Shown: positions 16,058 through 26,576 of the stretch, one piece after another
Layout: every line of letters begins with the position of its first letter
Position numbering within the stretch: position 1 is the first letter of the stretch
Assembly (NCBI GenBank): GCA_964425075.1
Contig: CAYRKM010000001.1
Span: 331,060 to 395,059 of the forward strand
Length of the DNA stretch: 64,000 bases
Reading direction: 5' to 3'
Source of the DNA: an uncultured Gammaproteobacteria bacterium
GTDB lineage: Bacteria; Patescibacteriota; Microgenomatia; Levybacterales; GWA1-39-11
Made by a program: the position numbers and the translations under genes
Notes under the pieces: model-generated
What the model was told of the DNA's origin: nothing
What the model saw: the letters and a program-made list of their open reading frames with translations, nothing else
The model's database searches: none

Positions 16058-17086
16058 ATATACCCACCGCACTTTGTCTGTGACTTTGTAAAATTGATAC
16101 ATTCCAGGATTTATAACAAGATCATAACTTCCGATAAATTCCGTGTGAGTTGCTCCATACCCTTCTTTAAATTTATGAAATCCGTACCATGGGTCATTTT
16201 TGTTTGGTTCTTTTCCTAATGCTCCCCACATGTCAAATTTTTTAAGTCCTAACTTTTTTCCAAAACGGATTGCCTCCCACATAATTAAGTTGGAAGCCAT
16301 AACATTTCTATACTCACTGCTAGACGCCCCATATGGGTAATAAAGCATGTCATGGAATTGAAATAAAACCCAAGAAGCCAAGGTTGCTTCTTTTTTCTCA
16401 CCTTCAGGTCGGTATATGGCTTTAAGTAGATGGGCGGAAAGCCCGGTTTTATTATCTTTCAAAGTCTCCCACATCTTTGTGTGGTAGGTTGGAGTGTGTG
16501 CATAAAATTTCTGTCTAGTTGTTGTTTCCTCAGTTAATTTCAAATATTGCTTAAAACTTTCATCAGAATTGTCCTCTACTATTTTCACCATCTTTTTCAT
16601 CGCGATTTTTATGTTGTATCTTGTTTTGTGATGGAAGGATTTTAAAAGCTCGTCTTCAGGCCTTGTAATATCCAGGACAAAAGTAAATTTTGTTAAGAGA
16701 GGATGGAAAGAAGGACGAAGTTTATGATTAATGATTAATGATTTATGATTAATGACATTTGGTTCAAGTTGGATAAAGATGCAATTATTTTCTTTTCCAA
16801 CTTTTTTAAGTTCGGCAATTAATGTTTCGTTAGGCAAGGCTCCTTTAGGAAGATATCCAATTGTAAATTTAGTTTTAGGAATTTTATGAATTGTAATGGT
16901 AAAGCCCTCGATTAATTTGCCATTTTCAATAAGTCCTCGTCTTATAACTTTAACTCCGGTTTTTTTCCGAAATTCTCCCCACTCATAACTTTGCAGGGGA
17001 TGCGTTACAACAGCATTATATTCTTCTTTCTTGTCTTCTGTAATGTCGATAAAACCATTTTGGTTTTTACGTTGTATAAACTCCAT
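16025..17086 (-). CDS. FemAB-family peptidoglycan peptide-bridge aminoacyltransferase (FemX/MurM-like)
   Basis: Length 353 aa. Segments such as MWGALGKEPNKNDPWYGFHKFKEGYGA and YRNVMASNLIMWEAIRFGKK resemble the FemABX family. Its context includes murJ and LCP genes elsewhere. Confidence 0.6.
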   Translation of the reverse strand: MEFIQRKNQNGFIDITEDKKEEYNAVVTHPLQSYEWGEFRKKTGVKVIRRGLIENGKLIEGFTITIHKIPKTKFTIGYLPKGALPNETLIAELKKVGKENNCIFIQLEPNVINHKSLIINHKLRPSFHPLLTKFTFVLDITRPEDELLKSFHHKTRYNIKIAMKKMVKIVEDNSDESFKQYLKLTEETTTRQKFYAHTPTYHTKMWETLKDNKTGLSAHLLKAIYRPEGEKKEATLASWVLFQFHDMLYYPYGASSSEYRNVMASNLIMWEAIRFGKKLGLKKFDMWGALGKEPNKNDPWYGFHKFKEGYGATHTEFIGSYDLVINPGMYQFYKVTDKVRWVYLKLLKSTNLR

Positions 17087-17091
17087 AGGTA

Positions 17092-18966
17092 TTACCAGTA
17101 TTCGTTATTAAGGATACTAGTGTCAATATTATTTTTATCCAATATCTCTTGAGGCAATTCAAAAATAAACCTTGAAGGAGTTGTTGTATTTCTCTGCCCA
17201 AAAATAACTCGCTGTTGAGCATAGGTGAGATAAAGATGCTCTTTCGCACGCGTTACGCCAACATAGCAAAGTCTTCTTTCTTCTTCTAACTCTCCATAGT
17301 CAAATAAAGCTTGCGCATGAGGAAATACTCCTTCCTCCATTCCAACTATAAAAATCATCTTGAATTCCAAACCCTTTGCAGCATGCATAGTCATAAAAGT
17401 TACAGCATTATTTGATTCGACTATGTTTTTATCAGGCATGTATTCTTGTTCTACAAGCGCGACATTCTCGAGAAAAAGCGAAAGATTATCAAATTCCAGG
17501 GCAACGGAGCGAAGTTCTTTTATATTCTCAAGTCTTGTCCTGTCCTCGCTATCAGTTTCATCATAGCGTTCAAGATATGAAGTTTTTTTAAGAATCTCAT
17601 CCAGGATATCTATCGTTGTTTTTTCCTCTATATAATTTTTCTCGTCAAATTCCTTTTTATATTTCTCAAATTCCTCAAACCGTTTCTTTCCAAGTTTTTG
17701 TAGTCTCTTAAGAGCTACCATATCTTGTGGATTTGAGAGAAATGACAAATATGACAATACGTCTTTAACTTCTCGTCTTTCATAGAATCTTACCCCACCA
17801 ATCAATTTATAGGGAATGCTGTGATGCAGAAAAACCTCTTCAAGAGTACGGGATTGTGCGTTCATACGATAAAGAATTGCCACATCAGATAATTTAAAAT
17901 CAGAATCTCTTCTTTGCATTTCCTTTATTTTTTGAATGACAAATTCTGCTTCTCGGTGTTCGTTCTCAGCTTCAAATATTGTAATTTCGTCCCCCTTTTT
18001 GTTATCCGTCCATAGTTCTAGAACAGGATGAGAGTTATTGTTTTTTATAATTGAATATGCAGCATCCAAAATTACCTGCGTTGATCGATAGTTTCTTGAC
18101 AGTTTGAAAACTTTACTTTCAGGAAAATCCTGACTAAATTTTTCAAGGTTTTTATAGTCCGCCCCTCGAAAACTATAAATACTTTGAGAGAAGTCCCCAA
18201 CAATGCAAATATTTTTTTGAGGGCCAGCAAGATATTTAGTGAGTTGATATTGTGCTTGATTCGTGTCCTGATACTCGTCGACCATAATATATTTAAAACG
18301 CTCTTGATATTGAGATAGTGTTGGCTTTGATTCTTTAAATAGAGTTATGGTTTTTAGTAAAAGATCATCAAAATCTAGCGCATTTCTTTCTGCAAGCATT
18401 GTTTGGTAAAGTGGATAAACCTTTGCAATTCTCTCCTGAGTAAATCCTCTTGCGTATTTTTCATACATTTCATCTGTAATCATTTGGTTTTTGGCGCTAG
18501 AAATTGCTTGGAGGGCGGCTTTGGGGCGGACTTCTTTGATGGAAATATCAAGAATTTCAAACGCGTCTTTTATGGTATCTAATTGATCTTGAGTGTCATA
18601 AATTACAAAATTATGGGGAATTCCAATTGCAATTCCACTTCGTCTTAAAATTCTTGCACATAAAGAATGAAATGTTGCAATGGTTGGCTCTGTTGTAAGA
18701 GATAAATCATATGCATTAAGGGCATTACTAATTCTTTCCTTCATTTCTCCAGCTGCTTTATTGGAGAATGTAACCATCAAAATATTAAGGGGCTCAATTT
18801 TTTTCTCAACAATAAGATACAAGACCTTATGAACAAGAACTCTTGTTTTTCCACTACCCGCACCCGCTAGAATGATGGTAGGACCGTCAGTATATAGTAC
18901 AGCCTCTTGCTGTTCCTTATTGAGCTTGTTGATTCCGATTATATCGGGATTGAGAATGTCATTCAT
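17092..18966 (-). CDS. uvrD: UvrD/PcrA-type ATP-dependent DNA helicase (superfamily 1)
   Basis: Walker A GAGSGKTRVL, DEYQDT (motif II), GDFSQSIY, and the C-terminal VGVTRAKEHLYL. Confidence 0.9.
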   Translation of the reverse strand: MNDILNPDIIGINKLNKEQQEAVLYTDGPTIILAGAGSGKTRVLVHKVLYLIVEKKIEPLNILMVTFSNKAAGEMKERISNALNAYDLSLTTEPTIATFHSLCARILRRSGIAIGIPHNFVIYDTQDQLDTIKDAFEILDISIKEVRPKAALQAISSAKNQMITDEMYEKYARGFTQERIAKVYPLYQTMLAERNALDFDDLLLKTITLFKESKPTLSQYQERFKYIMVDEYQDTNQAQYQLTKYLAGPQKNICIVGDFSQSIYSFRGADYKNLEKFSQDFPESKVFKLSRNYRSTQVILDAAYSIIKNNNSHPVLELWTDNKKGDEITIFEAENEHREAEFVIQKIKEMQRRDSDFKLSDVAILYRMNAQSRTLEEVFLHHSIPYKLIGGVRFYERREVKDVLSYLSFLSNPQDMVALKRLQKLGKKRFEEFEKYKKEFDEKNYIEEKTTIDILDEILKKTSYLERYDETDSEDRTRLENIKELRSVALEFDNLSLFLENVALVEQEYMPDKNIVESNNAVTFMTMHAAKGLEFKMIFIVGMEEGVFPHAQALFDYGELEEERRLCYVGVTRAKEHLYLTYAQQRVIFGQRNTTTPSRFIFELPQEILDKNNIDTSILNNEYW

Positions 18967-19033
18967 AACTTGATATAATTAATTAGTTTTAAGCGTTGTG
19001 TAATTACTTATTATATACGATAGAATTTTTTCC

Positions 19034-19708
19034 ATGGATCAAAAATTAATTATTGCAAACTGGAAATCTCACAAAACAGTGGACGAGGCAATTAAGTTCT
19101 TTGAATACATGAGGGACAATATATCTCATATTGATCTCACAAATAAAGAAATTATTATTGCTCCTCCCTTTACGTTACTTGCCAAATGTCGACATCTTAT
19201 CAAGGAGTACGACCTGCCCTTGCGCTTAGCCGGTCAGAATGTTTCTGCATTTCCAGAAGGGGCTTATACGGGTGAAGTGAATGCAAAGCAAATCAAGGAA
19301 TTTGCAGAATACGTTATTGTGGGGCACTCTGAGAGAAGGAAATACTTACGCGAGAGCGAAGTAGATATTGAGAACAAAATTAAAGAGGCTAAAGATCAAG
19401 ATTTGCTTGTTATCCAATGTATCCAAGATGAAAAAAGCAAACTTCATAAAGATTCTGATGTGATTGCATTTGAACCTCCAAATGCTATTTCTACCTTTGG
19501 AGTCGGCGAGCCCGACTCGCCAGAGGACATTAAGAGGGTTTTTGGTTCGGTTGGAGAGCAACTTAACGGAAGGAAGATTTTATATGGTGGAAGTGTAAGC
19601 GAGGTTAACATATCTACATATGTTCAAATTCAATCTTGTGGAGGATTTCTTGTTGGTGGAGCAAGTCTTGAACCAGAATCTTTAATTTCACTTCTTAAAC
19701 AATGGTAG
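19034..19708 (+). CDS. tpiA: Triosephosphate isomerase
   Basis: ANWK, VGHSERR and YGGSV motifs. Confidence 0.9.
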   Translation: MDQKLIIANWKSHKTVDEAIKFFEYMRDNISHIDLTNKEIIIAPPFTLLAKCRHLIKEYDLPLRLAGQNVSAFPEGAYTGEVNAKQIKEFAEYVIVGHSERRKYLRESEVDIENKIKEAKDQDLLVIQCIQDEKSKLHKDSDVIAFEPPNAISTFGVGEPDSPEDIKRVFGSVGEQLNGRKILYGGSVSEVNISTYVQIQSCGGFLVGGASLEPESLISLLKQW

Positions 19709-20844
19709 AAAAAAAATCCCTAACACGAAAAAAAGGAATTATTCTAGCTGGTGTTATTCTATTAATTTTTATAGGAATTTTTAGAATTCAGATTGTTCAA
19801 GTTGCAACTTTTTTGTTTGGTGTAACAATTGATAAAACAATAAACTTAGTAAAAAACGATCAGTCATTTAATATTCTCTTATTGGGAAAGGCGGGAGGAG
19901 TTCATGATGGGCCAGAGTTAACAGATACGATTATTTTTGCAAATGTAAATGTTGGGGATAATAAGGTCAATATGTTTTCTATCCCACGGGATTTGTGGAT
20001 GCCCGATCTTAAGGCAAAGATAAACTCTTCTTACCAGAGAGGTTTAAAAAACGATAAAGAATTAGAAGTAGCAAGAGATGCTATTGAAAAAGTAACTGGA
20101 CAGAGAATAGATTATGTTTTTGTTCTTGATTTTGCAGGATTTACAAAATTAGTTGACCATTTAAATGGAATTGATGTGTCGGTAGAAAACTCTTTTACAG
20201 ATGAGGAATATCCGATAACTGGAAAAGAAGATGACACCTGTGGAAAATCAGAAGAAGAGCTTGTTGCATTAGCAACTGCCTCATCTCAGCTTGAAGCATT
20301 TCCTTGTAGATATAAAAGTATACATTTCAATCAAGGGATCCAGAGGATGAATGGGGAGACTGCTCTCGAATTTGTAAGGTCACGTCATGGAACAAATGGT
20401 GAGGGAAGCGATTTTGCTCGAAGCAAACGTCAGCAGCAAATAATTTCTGCAGTAAGAGAAAAAGTATTTTCTCTTGGTGTGGTTTTGAATCCTGTTAAAG
20501 TAATTGGAATTTTTAATATTTTGAAAGACAACATTGATACGGATATTGATATTGAAAAAGTAGATGACTTTATAAAATTGGCAAAAAAAATGCAGGGTGG
20601 GCAAATAAAAAATTATGTAATCGATGATGGAAATGAGTCAGACGAGAGGTATGGTCTTCTTGAAAACCCAAGAATTACAAGCGAATATTCTTATCAATAT
20701 GTATTAATTCCGCGCCGTGGGAATGGTGACTTTTCTGAGGTGCACGAGTATGTTCAGTGCATTATTGACGGTAAAGATTGCTTAGTTGGTGAGACTACTC
20801 TTATTGTGCAAACTCCAACTCCAACAAAAAAACCAACTCGCTAA
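19702..20844 (+). CDS. LytR-CpsA-Psr (LCP) family cell-envelope phosphotransferase
   Basis: N-terminal TM followed by NILLLGKAGGVHDGPELTDTIIFANVN...MFSIPRDLWM, the LCP core. Confidence 0.8.
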   Translation: MVEKKSLTRKKGIILAGVILLIFIGIFRIQIVQVATFLFGVTIDKTINLVKNDQSFNILLLGKAGGVHDGPELTDTIIFANVNVGDNKVNMFSIPRDLWMPDLKAKINSSYQRGLKNDKELEVARDAIEKVTGQRIDYVFVLDFAGFTKLVDHLNGIDVSVENSFTDEEYPITGKEDDTCGKSEEELVALATASSQLEAFPCRYKSIHFNQGIQRMNGETALEFVRSRHGTNGEGSDFARSKRQQQIISAVREKVFSLGVVLNPVKVIGIFNILKDNIDTDIDIEKVDDFIKLAKKMQGGQIKNYVIDDGNESDERYGLLENPRITSEYSYQYVLIPRRGNGDFSEVHEYVQCIIDGKDCLVGETTLIVQTPTPTKKPTR

Positions 20845-20922
20845 GTAATTTTTTTTGAGTTTATTTTTACAAAAGGTGAGGACAAAAACTAACTTCTTCT
20901 TTAAAATACTTAGATTTTTAAG

Positions 20923-23073
20923 TTAGAGCATCTTATAAATTTTTGTTGTCCCGTTTTGATAAACAAGAGTTCCCAATACTAAAAACTTTTTTTCATTAAG
21001 AAGTGGATATTTGCTCCTTTCAAGATCTCCAATGTAGATATAGGAGATATTATATTTTTGAATCAATTGTTTTGTTTTATCAATGTCGTCTTCATAAAGC
21101 GCTCTTACATCGTCAAGTCTTGACTGAGGATATTTGTAGTCTCCTCGCCAAAGCCATTCGTGCACTGTCCACCCGAGAACAGTCGGAAGGCCAGTGTTAG
21201 CAGAAATTCTTCCATAATCTGAGTAAGAGTCTCCTTGAGACTCCAAGATAACTGGTTGCTCGGAAATATTGCTATTAATCCACATGATTGCATCAAAGTC
21301 ATTTGGGTGTACCTTTTTAAGATATGTGATTCCATTAATTCCTTTATAGTTTTTGAAATTATCAAAGTAAGAGGAGACAGCAAAATATGGATAAATGAGA
21401 ATTAGACAGATCAATACAGTTGAAATCGGTAACCAGACGATTTTTTTTGCCGTATGGAGAAGGTATGTAATTGAAAAAGCGGAAACGAGGGATAACATAA
21501 TAAATGCTTGATATCCGAGCTTGAACATTGTATTTGCTCTATAGTGCGCTGGGTAGATATCTTTGGCATAGACGAATTCCGGCGTAATTATCAAAAGAAA
21601 AGAAATAATAATTAAAAGAAGTAAATAAATAAGGCTTGATTGTATTTTTTTCAAACTAAAGATTTTTATACATAAGGCAACTGAAAATATTAAAAAGAAT
21701 CCATACAAAACGACAATCATCCACAAGGGAGATCTCTGGCAGTGGTTTGCTTCAAAAAGTACTGGGCCGATATTGCCAAGCTTTGTAAGAAATTCTGGAG
21801 CACAAATGACACCAAATCCTGAAACAAACGGTTTGAAATTTATATTGAAGGGAAATGAAAAAACAAAATACCCGATTCCTGTGAGGAGTATGTATTTAAA
21901 TGAATGCAATAGATAGGAATTTTTGTTTTTAATTTCTTTAATAGAGCTTTTTATTATTCTAAAATAAATTTTATTATGTTTTGAATGTGAAATTTTTAGT
22001 ATTGGTAGATTAAGGACAAGAATTGCAAAGGTTAATAATCCAAAATAGATAATTCCATCCCATGCATTGGTCATATACATTATAGACAGAAGAAATGAAG
22101 CTAAAATTATTAATTTAGCATCTACTCTTTGTTTTAGGAAGAAAGTTAGAATAAGCGCAAGTGAAAGAAAAACGAAGGGAATATCAAGCACGTGGCCATG
22201 CAGATCGGAAACGACAAAGGAATAAGAAGGGAATTCATGTATGGTAAATGGTATAAAGCGAGTTGCATTAGGGTACCAATATTCATTAGGAAAATTAAAG
22301 GGATTAAATCCTAATTTCCAAAATGGAAGGGGAGATTCTGGTGGGCTATAGGGTTTAAATAGAGAATATAGTGTGTGAAGATTTCCCCCAAGTGAGGTTA
22401 TTATTCCTGCCAATATTCCAGTTACTATGCTTGTTTTTCTTTTTTTAATTACTTCAAAAGTAAGAGTTGCGACAATTGAAAAGGATGACACAATTGTGAA
22501 AGCAAAAATAGTTGATAGCATGAGATTGTAGGAAATATATGAAGGGAGCTGTGAAAGCTTTGTAAGAACTGCTGTTGTAAGATGCCCAAAATAGTAATAA
22601 TTGATGGGTTCTGGAGTAAACCACATGTCTTGCGGAGGAAAGTAAGTGCTTCGCAATATGGAATTTATAAAACCAAAATCCATATATTTCTCAAGGCCAT
22701 AAATATCAGGTTGATAGCCTTTTACTAAGGACCAAACGGAAAGCGATATAAAGAAAAGAATTTCCTCAAATACAAATAGATAAAGCATTTTTTTCTTAAT
22801 ATTGCCAACACCTCTCTTTCTAATAAGAAAAACATTTGCAATAATAGCAATGAAAATAACGCTATAAACACTCCACAAATTAAATGGAAGGATATGTAGA
22901 AGTCCTCCTAAAAAGATTAAATAAGAAATAATTACTATCCCAAGAATTTTTGAAAATATATATCCTAAATCGATAAATTTTGAAAATATGGAGGTTGTAA
23001 ATGGAAGGAATATTAGACCAAGAATAAAGAAGTAGAGCCACCACTGAATAACAAAAAAGAAATCCGCATTCAT
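20923..23073 (-). CDS. Large polytopic membrane protein, DUF2298/YYY-domain-like (GT-C / oligosaccharyltransferase-like architecture)
   Basis: 716 aa with more than 15 TM helices. A C-terminal periplasmic domain carries WTVHEWLWRGDY, reminiscent of the STT3/AglB WWDYG region. Confidence 0.45.
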   Translation of the reverse strand: MNADFFFVIQWWLYFFILGLIFLPFTTSIFSKFIDLGYIFSKILGIVIISYLIFLGGLLHILPFNLWSVYSVIFIAIIANVFLIRKRGVGNIKKKMLYLFVFEEILFFISLSVWSLVKGYQPDIYGLEKYMDFGFINSILRSTYFPPQDMWFTPEPINYYYFGHLTTAVLTKLSQLPSYISYNLMLSTIFAFTIVSSFSIVATLTFEVIKKRKTSIVTGILAGIITSLGGNLHTLYSLFKPYSPPESPLPFWKLGFNPFNFPNEYWYPNATRFIPFTIHEFPSYSFVVSDLHGHVLDIPFVFLSLALILTFFLKQRVDAKLIILASFLLSIMYMTNAWDGIIYFGLLTFAILVLNLPILKISHSKHNKIYFRIIKSSIKEIKNKNSYLLHSFKYILLTGIGYFVFSFPFNINFKPFVSGFGVICAPEFLTKLGNIGPVLFEANHCQRSPLWMIVVLYGFFLIFSVALCIKIFSLKKIQSSLIYLLLLIIISFLLIITPEFVYAKDIYPAHYRANTMFKLGYQAFIMLSLVSAFSITYLLHTAKKIVWLPISTVLICLILIYPYFAVSSYFDNFKNYKGINGITYLKKVHPNDFDAIMWINSNISEQPVILESQGDSYSDYGRISANTGLPTVLGWTVHEWLWRGDYKYPQSRLDDVRALYEDDIDKTKQLIQKYNISYIYIGDLERSKYPLLNEKKFLVLGTLVYQNGTTKIYKML

Positions 23074-23074
23074 G

Positions 23075-23650
23075 TTACAAATAATTATTTATAAAATCAG
23101 ACAAATCTTTAATTGGTATTATGCCTTGAGGAACCTCCCTTTTGGGGATCTTGCCATTGTGTATCCAAAAAAGTCTCAATGATGGGATTTTTTTTGATAA
23201 ATATATTGCTAAATCGAGGTCATCATCAATATAAGTGTCAATTTTTAGTTTTCTTATTGTTTGTTCTTTAAATTTGTGAGGTTGTAAATTATTATAATTG
23301 AAATATGCATTGGTGAAATATTGATCTAGTTTTTCTTTTGCTAACAATTCTTCCGTTCTTTTTTTTAGAAAACCAAAACGGCTTGATACTAAATAGGTCT
23401 TGCAGTTCTTTTGTCGGCAGATTCTCTTTAATGCCTTTATATTTTTATCAATCGGGTGACGAAAAATAGGAGCATGAGATAGTATGCGTAATTTTTGCTC
23501 TATGGTTCCCGGAAAACGGTAGGTTAATTCCTCTTTATCATTCTGCTTTCTAAAATAAGAATTTCCTCTATATAAAAGTTCAATTAAAAAACCAGGTACA
23601 AAAGGTGGGTAATTAATAAATACTTTATCAAAATCAAATCCTATTACCAT
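23075..23650 (-). CDS. HAD-superfamily hydrolase-like protein
   Basis: N-terminal IGFDFDKV (DxD) and YIDDD late motif. Confidence 0.5.
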   Translation of the reverse strand: MVIGFDFDKVFINYPPFVPGFLIELLYRGNSYFRKQNDKEELTYRFPGTIEQKLRILSHAPIFRHPIDKNIKALKRICRQKNCKTYLVSSRFGFLKKRTEELLAKEKLDQYFTNAYFNYNNLQPHKFKEQTIRKLKIDTYIDDDLDLAIYLSKKIPSLRLFWIHNGKIPKREVPQGIIPIKDLSDFINNYL

Positions 23651-23747
23651 AATTTATATGAAGAAAAGTATTTTATACTTTTCTGGAATAAAAACTAGCA
23701 ACATTTCTATTTTTTTACAGTAATGTAAAAAATTATACGGAACTAGC

Positions 23748-24803
23748 TTATTTAAAAAATTTTTGTGCTATTTCTACTAATTTAAAATTCCATACTGTTC
23801 TGTGCGTCGTTCCTTCTTTTCCTAAAAATTCTTTCCTGTGTATTTTATACCAATCATAACTTTCAATTAAAATATCCTTGTTACTTTTGGTTGCTTTGTA
23901 GTCAAGTTTTTTTTCAGCTTTTTCTGTACTGACGTAGGAATTTACGGGAAAAGTTTTATAGTGCCAAGCTACTAGAGGTGAGAGATTAAAATATTCCAAT
24001 ATGGAAAGTGCTAATTGAGTGGGTTTAACTGGGAGCGCAATAATTTTTGATCTGGATTTAGCATGTCTTATTAAGGTGCTTAGGTCTTGTCTCCAAGTTC
24101 CAAATTCTTTCGCTCCAATATTAAAGATCTGTCCATCTACTTTTTTGGTAAGAGCAGATTCTATGGCTACACAGAGATCTTGAACTTCTAGAAGTTGGTA
24201 AAGATTGTTTCCGTTTCCTAATATAAAAACAGGACGGTTTGAAAATATTGCCTCAAACCAAATAGTGAAAACCCCGAGTCGTTCCGGTCCTAAAAAAGAC
24301 TTTGGTCGGAGAATGTTTACAGATAGACCCTTTTTGTAAAAAGAAAGACATAATTCTTCTGCTTTAGCTTTTGATTCACCATAGTGTCCGATTGGATATA
24401 TTTTATCCGTTTCCTTTTCTGGTAGAGTTCGTGGTATTCCATACATTGCAGTAGAAGATATGAATACGACACGCTTTACTTTATTTTTTAAAGAAGAGGA
24501 TAATACATTTTTTGTACCATTTACATTAACATCAAATATGTATTTTCTGTCGTGATGAATAGGAAGAGCTGCCGCTGCGTGTACGACATAATCAATACCT
24601 TCTAAGGCCATTTCAACATCTTTTAAATTTCTAATGTCAGTTTTTATAACTCTAGTTTTGCTAACCAAATCGGTAGCTGTTAAATCTTGGGTATCAAGAA
24701 GAGTTACTTTATAGCCGCGTTTTAAAAGAAAACGACATAAATGTACACCCAAAAATCCTGTTCCGCCTGTTATTAAAACTGTTGGGGTTTTCCCTTTTTT
24801 CAT
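23748..24803 (-). CDS. NAD-dependent epimerase/dehydratase (extended SDR)
   Basis: VLITGGTGFLGVHLCRFLL Rossmann motif and YGESKAKAE catalytic YxxxK. The track ORF begins at a TTG (24833); the ATG (MKKGKTPTVLITGG) is at 24803. Confidence 0.85.
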   Translation of the reverse strand: MKKGKTPTVLITGGTGFLGVHLCRFLLKRGYKVTLLDTQDLTATDLVSKTRVIKTDIRNLKDVEMALEGIDYVVHAAAALPIHHDRKYIFDVNVNGTKNVLSSSLKNKVKRVVFISSTAMYGIPRTLPEKETDKIYPIGHYGESKAKAEELCLSFYKKGLSVNILRPKSFLGPERLGVFTIWFEAIFSNRPVFILGNGNNLYQLLEVQDLCVAIESALTKKVDGQIFNIGAKEFGTWRQDLSTLIRHAKSRSKIIALPVKPTQLALSILEYFNLSPLVAWHYKTFPVNSYVSTEKAEKKLDYKATKSNKDILIESYDWYKIHRKEFLGKEGTTHRTVWNFKLVEIAQKFFK

Positions 24804-24875
24804 AACGCTAATTGTATAGTTTTTTATGCTCAATAAGCAAGCCTGCTTGCGTCTTTTTAAAAAGCAAAAATAGTA

Positions 24876-26573
24876 TTATTTGATCTTTTTAAAGATTAAT
24901 ACTTTTGGATGATCAAAAACTGTGAAATTTTCATCTGATGAAAAATCATTGATGTAAATTGGAAATAAAGGAATTTTTGGTTGAGATGTGAATTCAGCAA
25001 CTTTCTTGAATCCTAATTTTTCATCAAACAAATTTTTATAGTACTTAGCAGTTAGAGGGTAGCAGTACCCTGGCTTAACTGATTTACAATCCCCTAATTT
25101 TTGCAATGGAGCATAAATTCTGTGAGAGGAAAGAATAATATAATCTGTGCTTTCAAGTATTCTATAGATATTTTCCCATTTTTTCTGGGTGTCTTTTTCA
25201 TATAGTGAGAGTTGAATTGTATTATATTTTTCAAATCCCTCAAGCGGTAGGGAATCATCCCAATATTCTGTTGCAATTACACTTCCTTCAGGAATATTTT
25301 TTAATATCCAATCTGTGGCTTGAATGCGAGTATTTGGAGAGGTATAAATTGATAAAAAAGACAACGGATATAAAAGACAAAGAAATACAAATATAAATAA
25401 AAGTAGTTTTCTAGAAAAATATGACGCAAGATATTTTTTAGGAATAAGAGGCATAGCTATTTCGTTAATAAAATATCCTGCAGTAATTGCAAAAAAAGGA
25501 TAGAGGGGTAACATATATCTCATATATCCTACAGCAAAACTACCAAATGCAATAAAATAAATTCCTGCAAATATAAATAACACTAAATTGACAGACCTAT
25601 TCCCTTTTTTCCTAAGTTTAGTTAAATAAAGAAAAACTCCCGCAAAGGAAAGAGACGAGATAATTGGTCCAAGTCCCCACCAAAAAATATTTGTAAGCTC
25701 ATATACGTAGGGGGTTTTGTTGACATACTGCAATGTATATGGAAAAAGATACGGATTTCGCGACATCTGAGTTTGTAGTGAAGTTTGTTTCAGAAATTCC
25801 TTCCAGTCGATGATTACATAAGGTTGGGTAATTAAAAAAATAATTACAGCGATAATTCCAGATAGAAATAAATAAAGAAGAGTTTTGTAAATGGTTTTTT
25901 TGCTTTGTCTGCGTTTTAAAAATAAAAACAATAACGACAATGCTATTGCGGGCCCTAGGATTAGTGCGCTTACTTTAGTTGCAAGAGCAAGGCCAATGCA
26001 AACTCCAAGCAAGGTTCCTAAAAGGCGACTGGGTGTATTTAGAAATTCTATAAAGATAAGCACAGAAGAAAGCAGGAGAAAAGTAAGAATTGTATCAACT
26101 GCAAAAAAATGAGAGAGTTGCATTGGAAGAACAGAAATACTATAGAAGAAAGCTGCAAAAAGGCCTGTTCTTGCTGAGAACAATCTTTTGGCAATTAAAA
26201 AAACCAAAAAAATTGTGGCAGTATCAAATATTGCTGACAGAATTCTTCCTACGATATGCATGCCCCCATACTCATTTAGAAGGGGGTTAAGGTGTGAGGC
26301 TAGAGTGGAAATTCCCCTAAGCAAATAAATAGGAAAGTTGCCGTAAGAGAAGAAATGAGGGTTCAATGGACTTTGTGGTGAAAGGAATTCAGTAAGGGAT
26401 GATGGGGATGAAAGTTGAACTGCAAACATTATTATTGCTCGTTCATCAGGATGAAAATAATAATTATTATCCCAATTTATATTAAAGGTTCTAAAATAAA
26501 AACCTAGAAGTATTATTAGAAAAAGGTAAAAGAATGTTTTGTGTTTACGAATTCGTGAAATTAATGCGTTCAT
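24876..26573 (-). CDS. GT39/PMT/ArnT-like membrane glycosyltransferase (GT-C)
   Basis: FRTFNINWDNNYYFHPDERAIIMFAVQL follows the first TM. It has multi-TM topology and a C-terminal soluble domain. Confidence 0.65.
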   Translation of the reverse strand: MNALISRIRKHKTFFYLFLIILLGFYFRTFNINWDNNYYFHPDERAIIMFAVQLSSPSSLTEFLSPQSPLNPHFFSYGNFPIYLLRGISTLASHLNPLLNEYGGMHIVGRILSAIFDTATIFLVFLIAKRLFSARTGLFAAFFYSISVLPMQLSHFFAVDTILTFLLLSSVLIFIEFLNTPSRLLGTLLGVCIGLALATKVSALILGPAIALSLLFLFLKRRQSKKTIYKTLLYLFLSGIIAVIIFLITQPYVIIDWKEFLKQTSLQTQMSRNPYLFPYTLQYVNKTPYVYELTNIFWWGLGPIISSLSFAGVFLYLTKLRKKGNRSVNLVLFIFAGIYFIAFGSFAVGYMRYMLPLYPFFAITAGYFINEIAMPLIPKKYLASYFSRKLLLFIFVFLCLLYPLSFLSIYTSPNTRIQATDWILKNIPEGSVIATEYWDDSLPLEGFEKYNTIQLSLYEKDTQKKWENIYRILESTDYIILSSHRIYAPLQKLGDCKSVKPGYCYPLTAKYYKNLFDEKLGFKKVAEFTSQPKIPLFPIYINDFSSDENFTVFDHPKVLIFKKIK

Positions 26574-26576
26574 GAT

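Noticed and set aside
24836-24866. Hairpin AAGCAAGCctGCTTGC followed by GTCTTTTT between the epimerase and GT39 genes, as a candidate terminator
   Set aside because: The T-run is on the plus strand, whereas both flanking genes are transcribed on the minus strand. On the minus strand the hairpin is not followed by a U-tract, so I left it unannotated.
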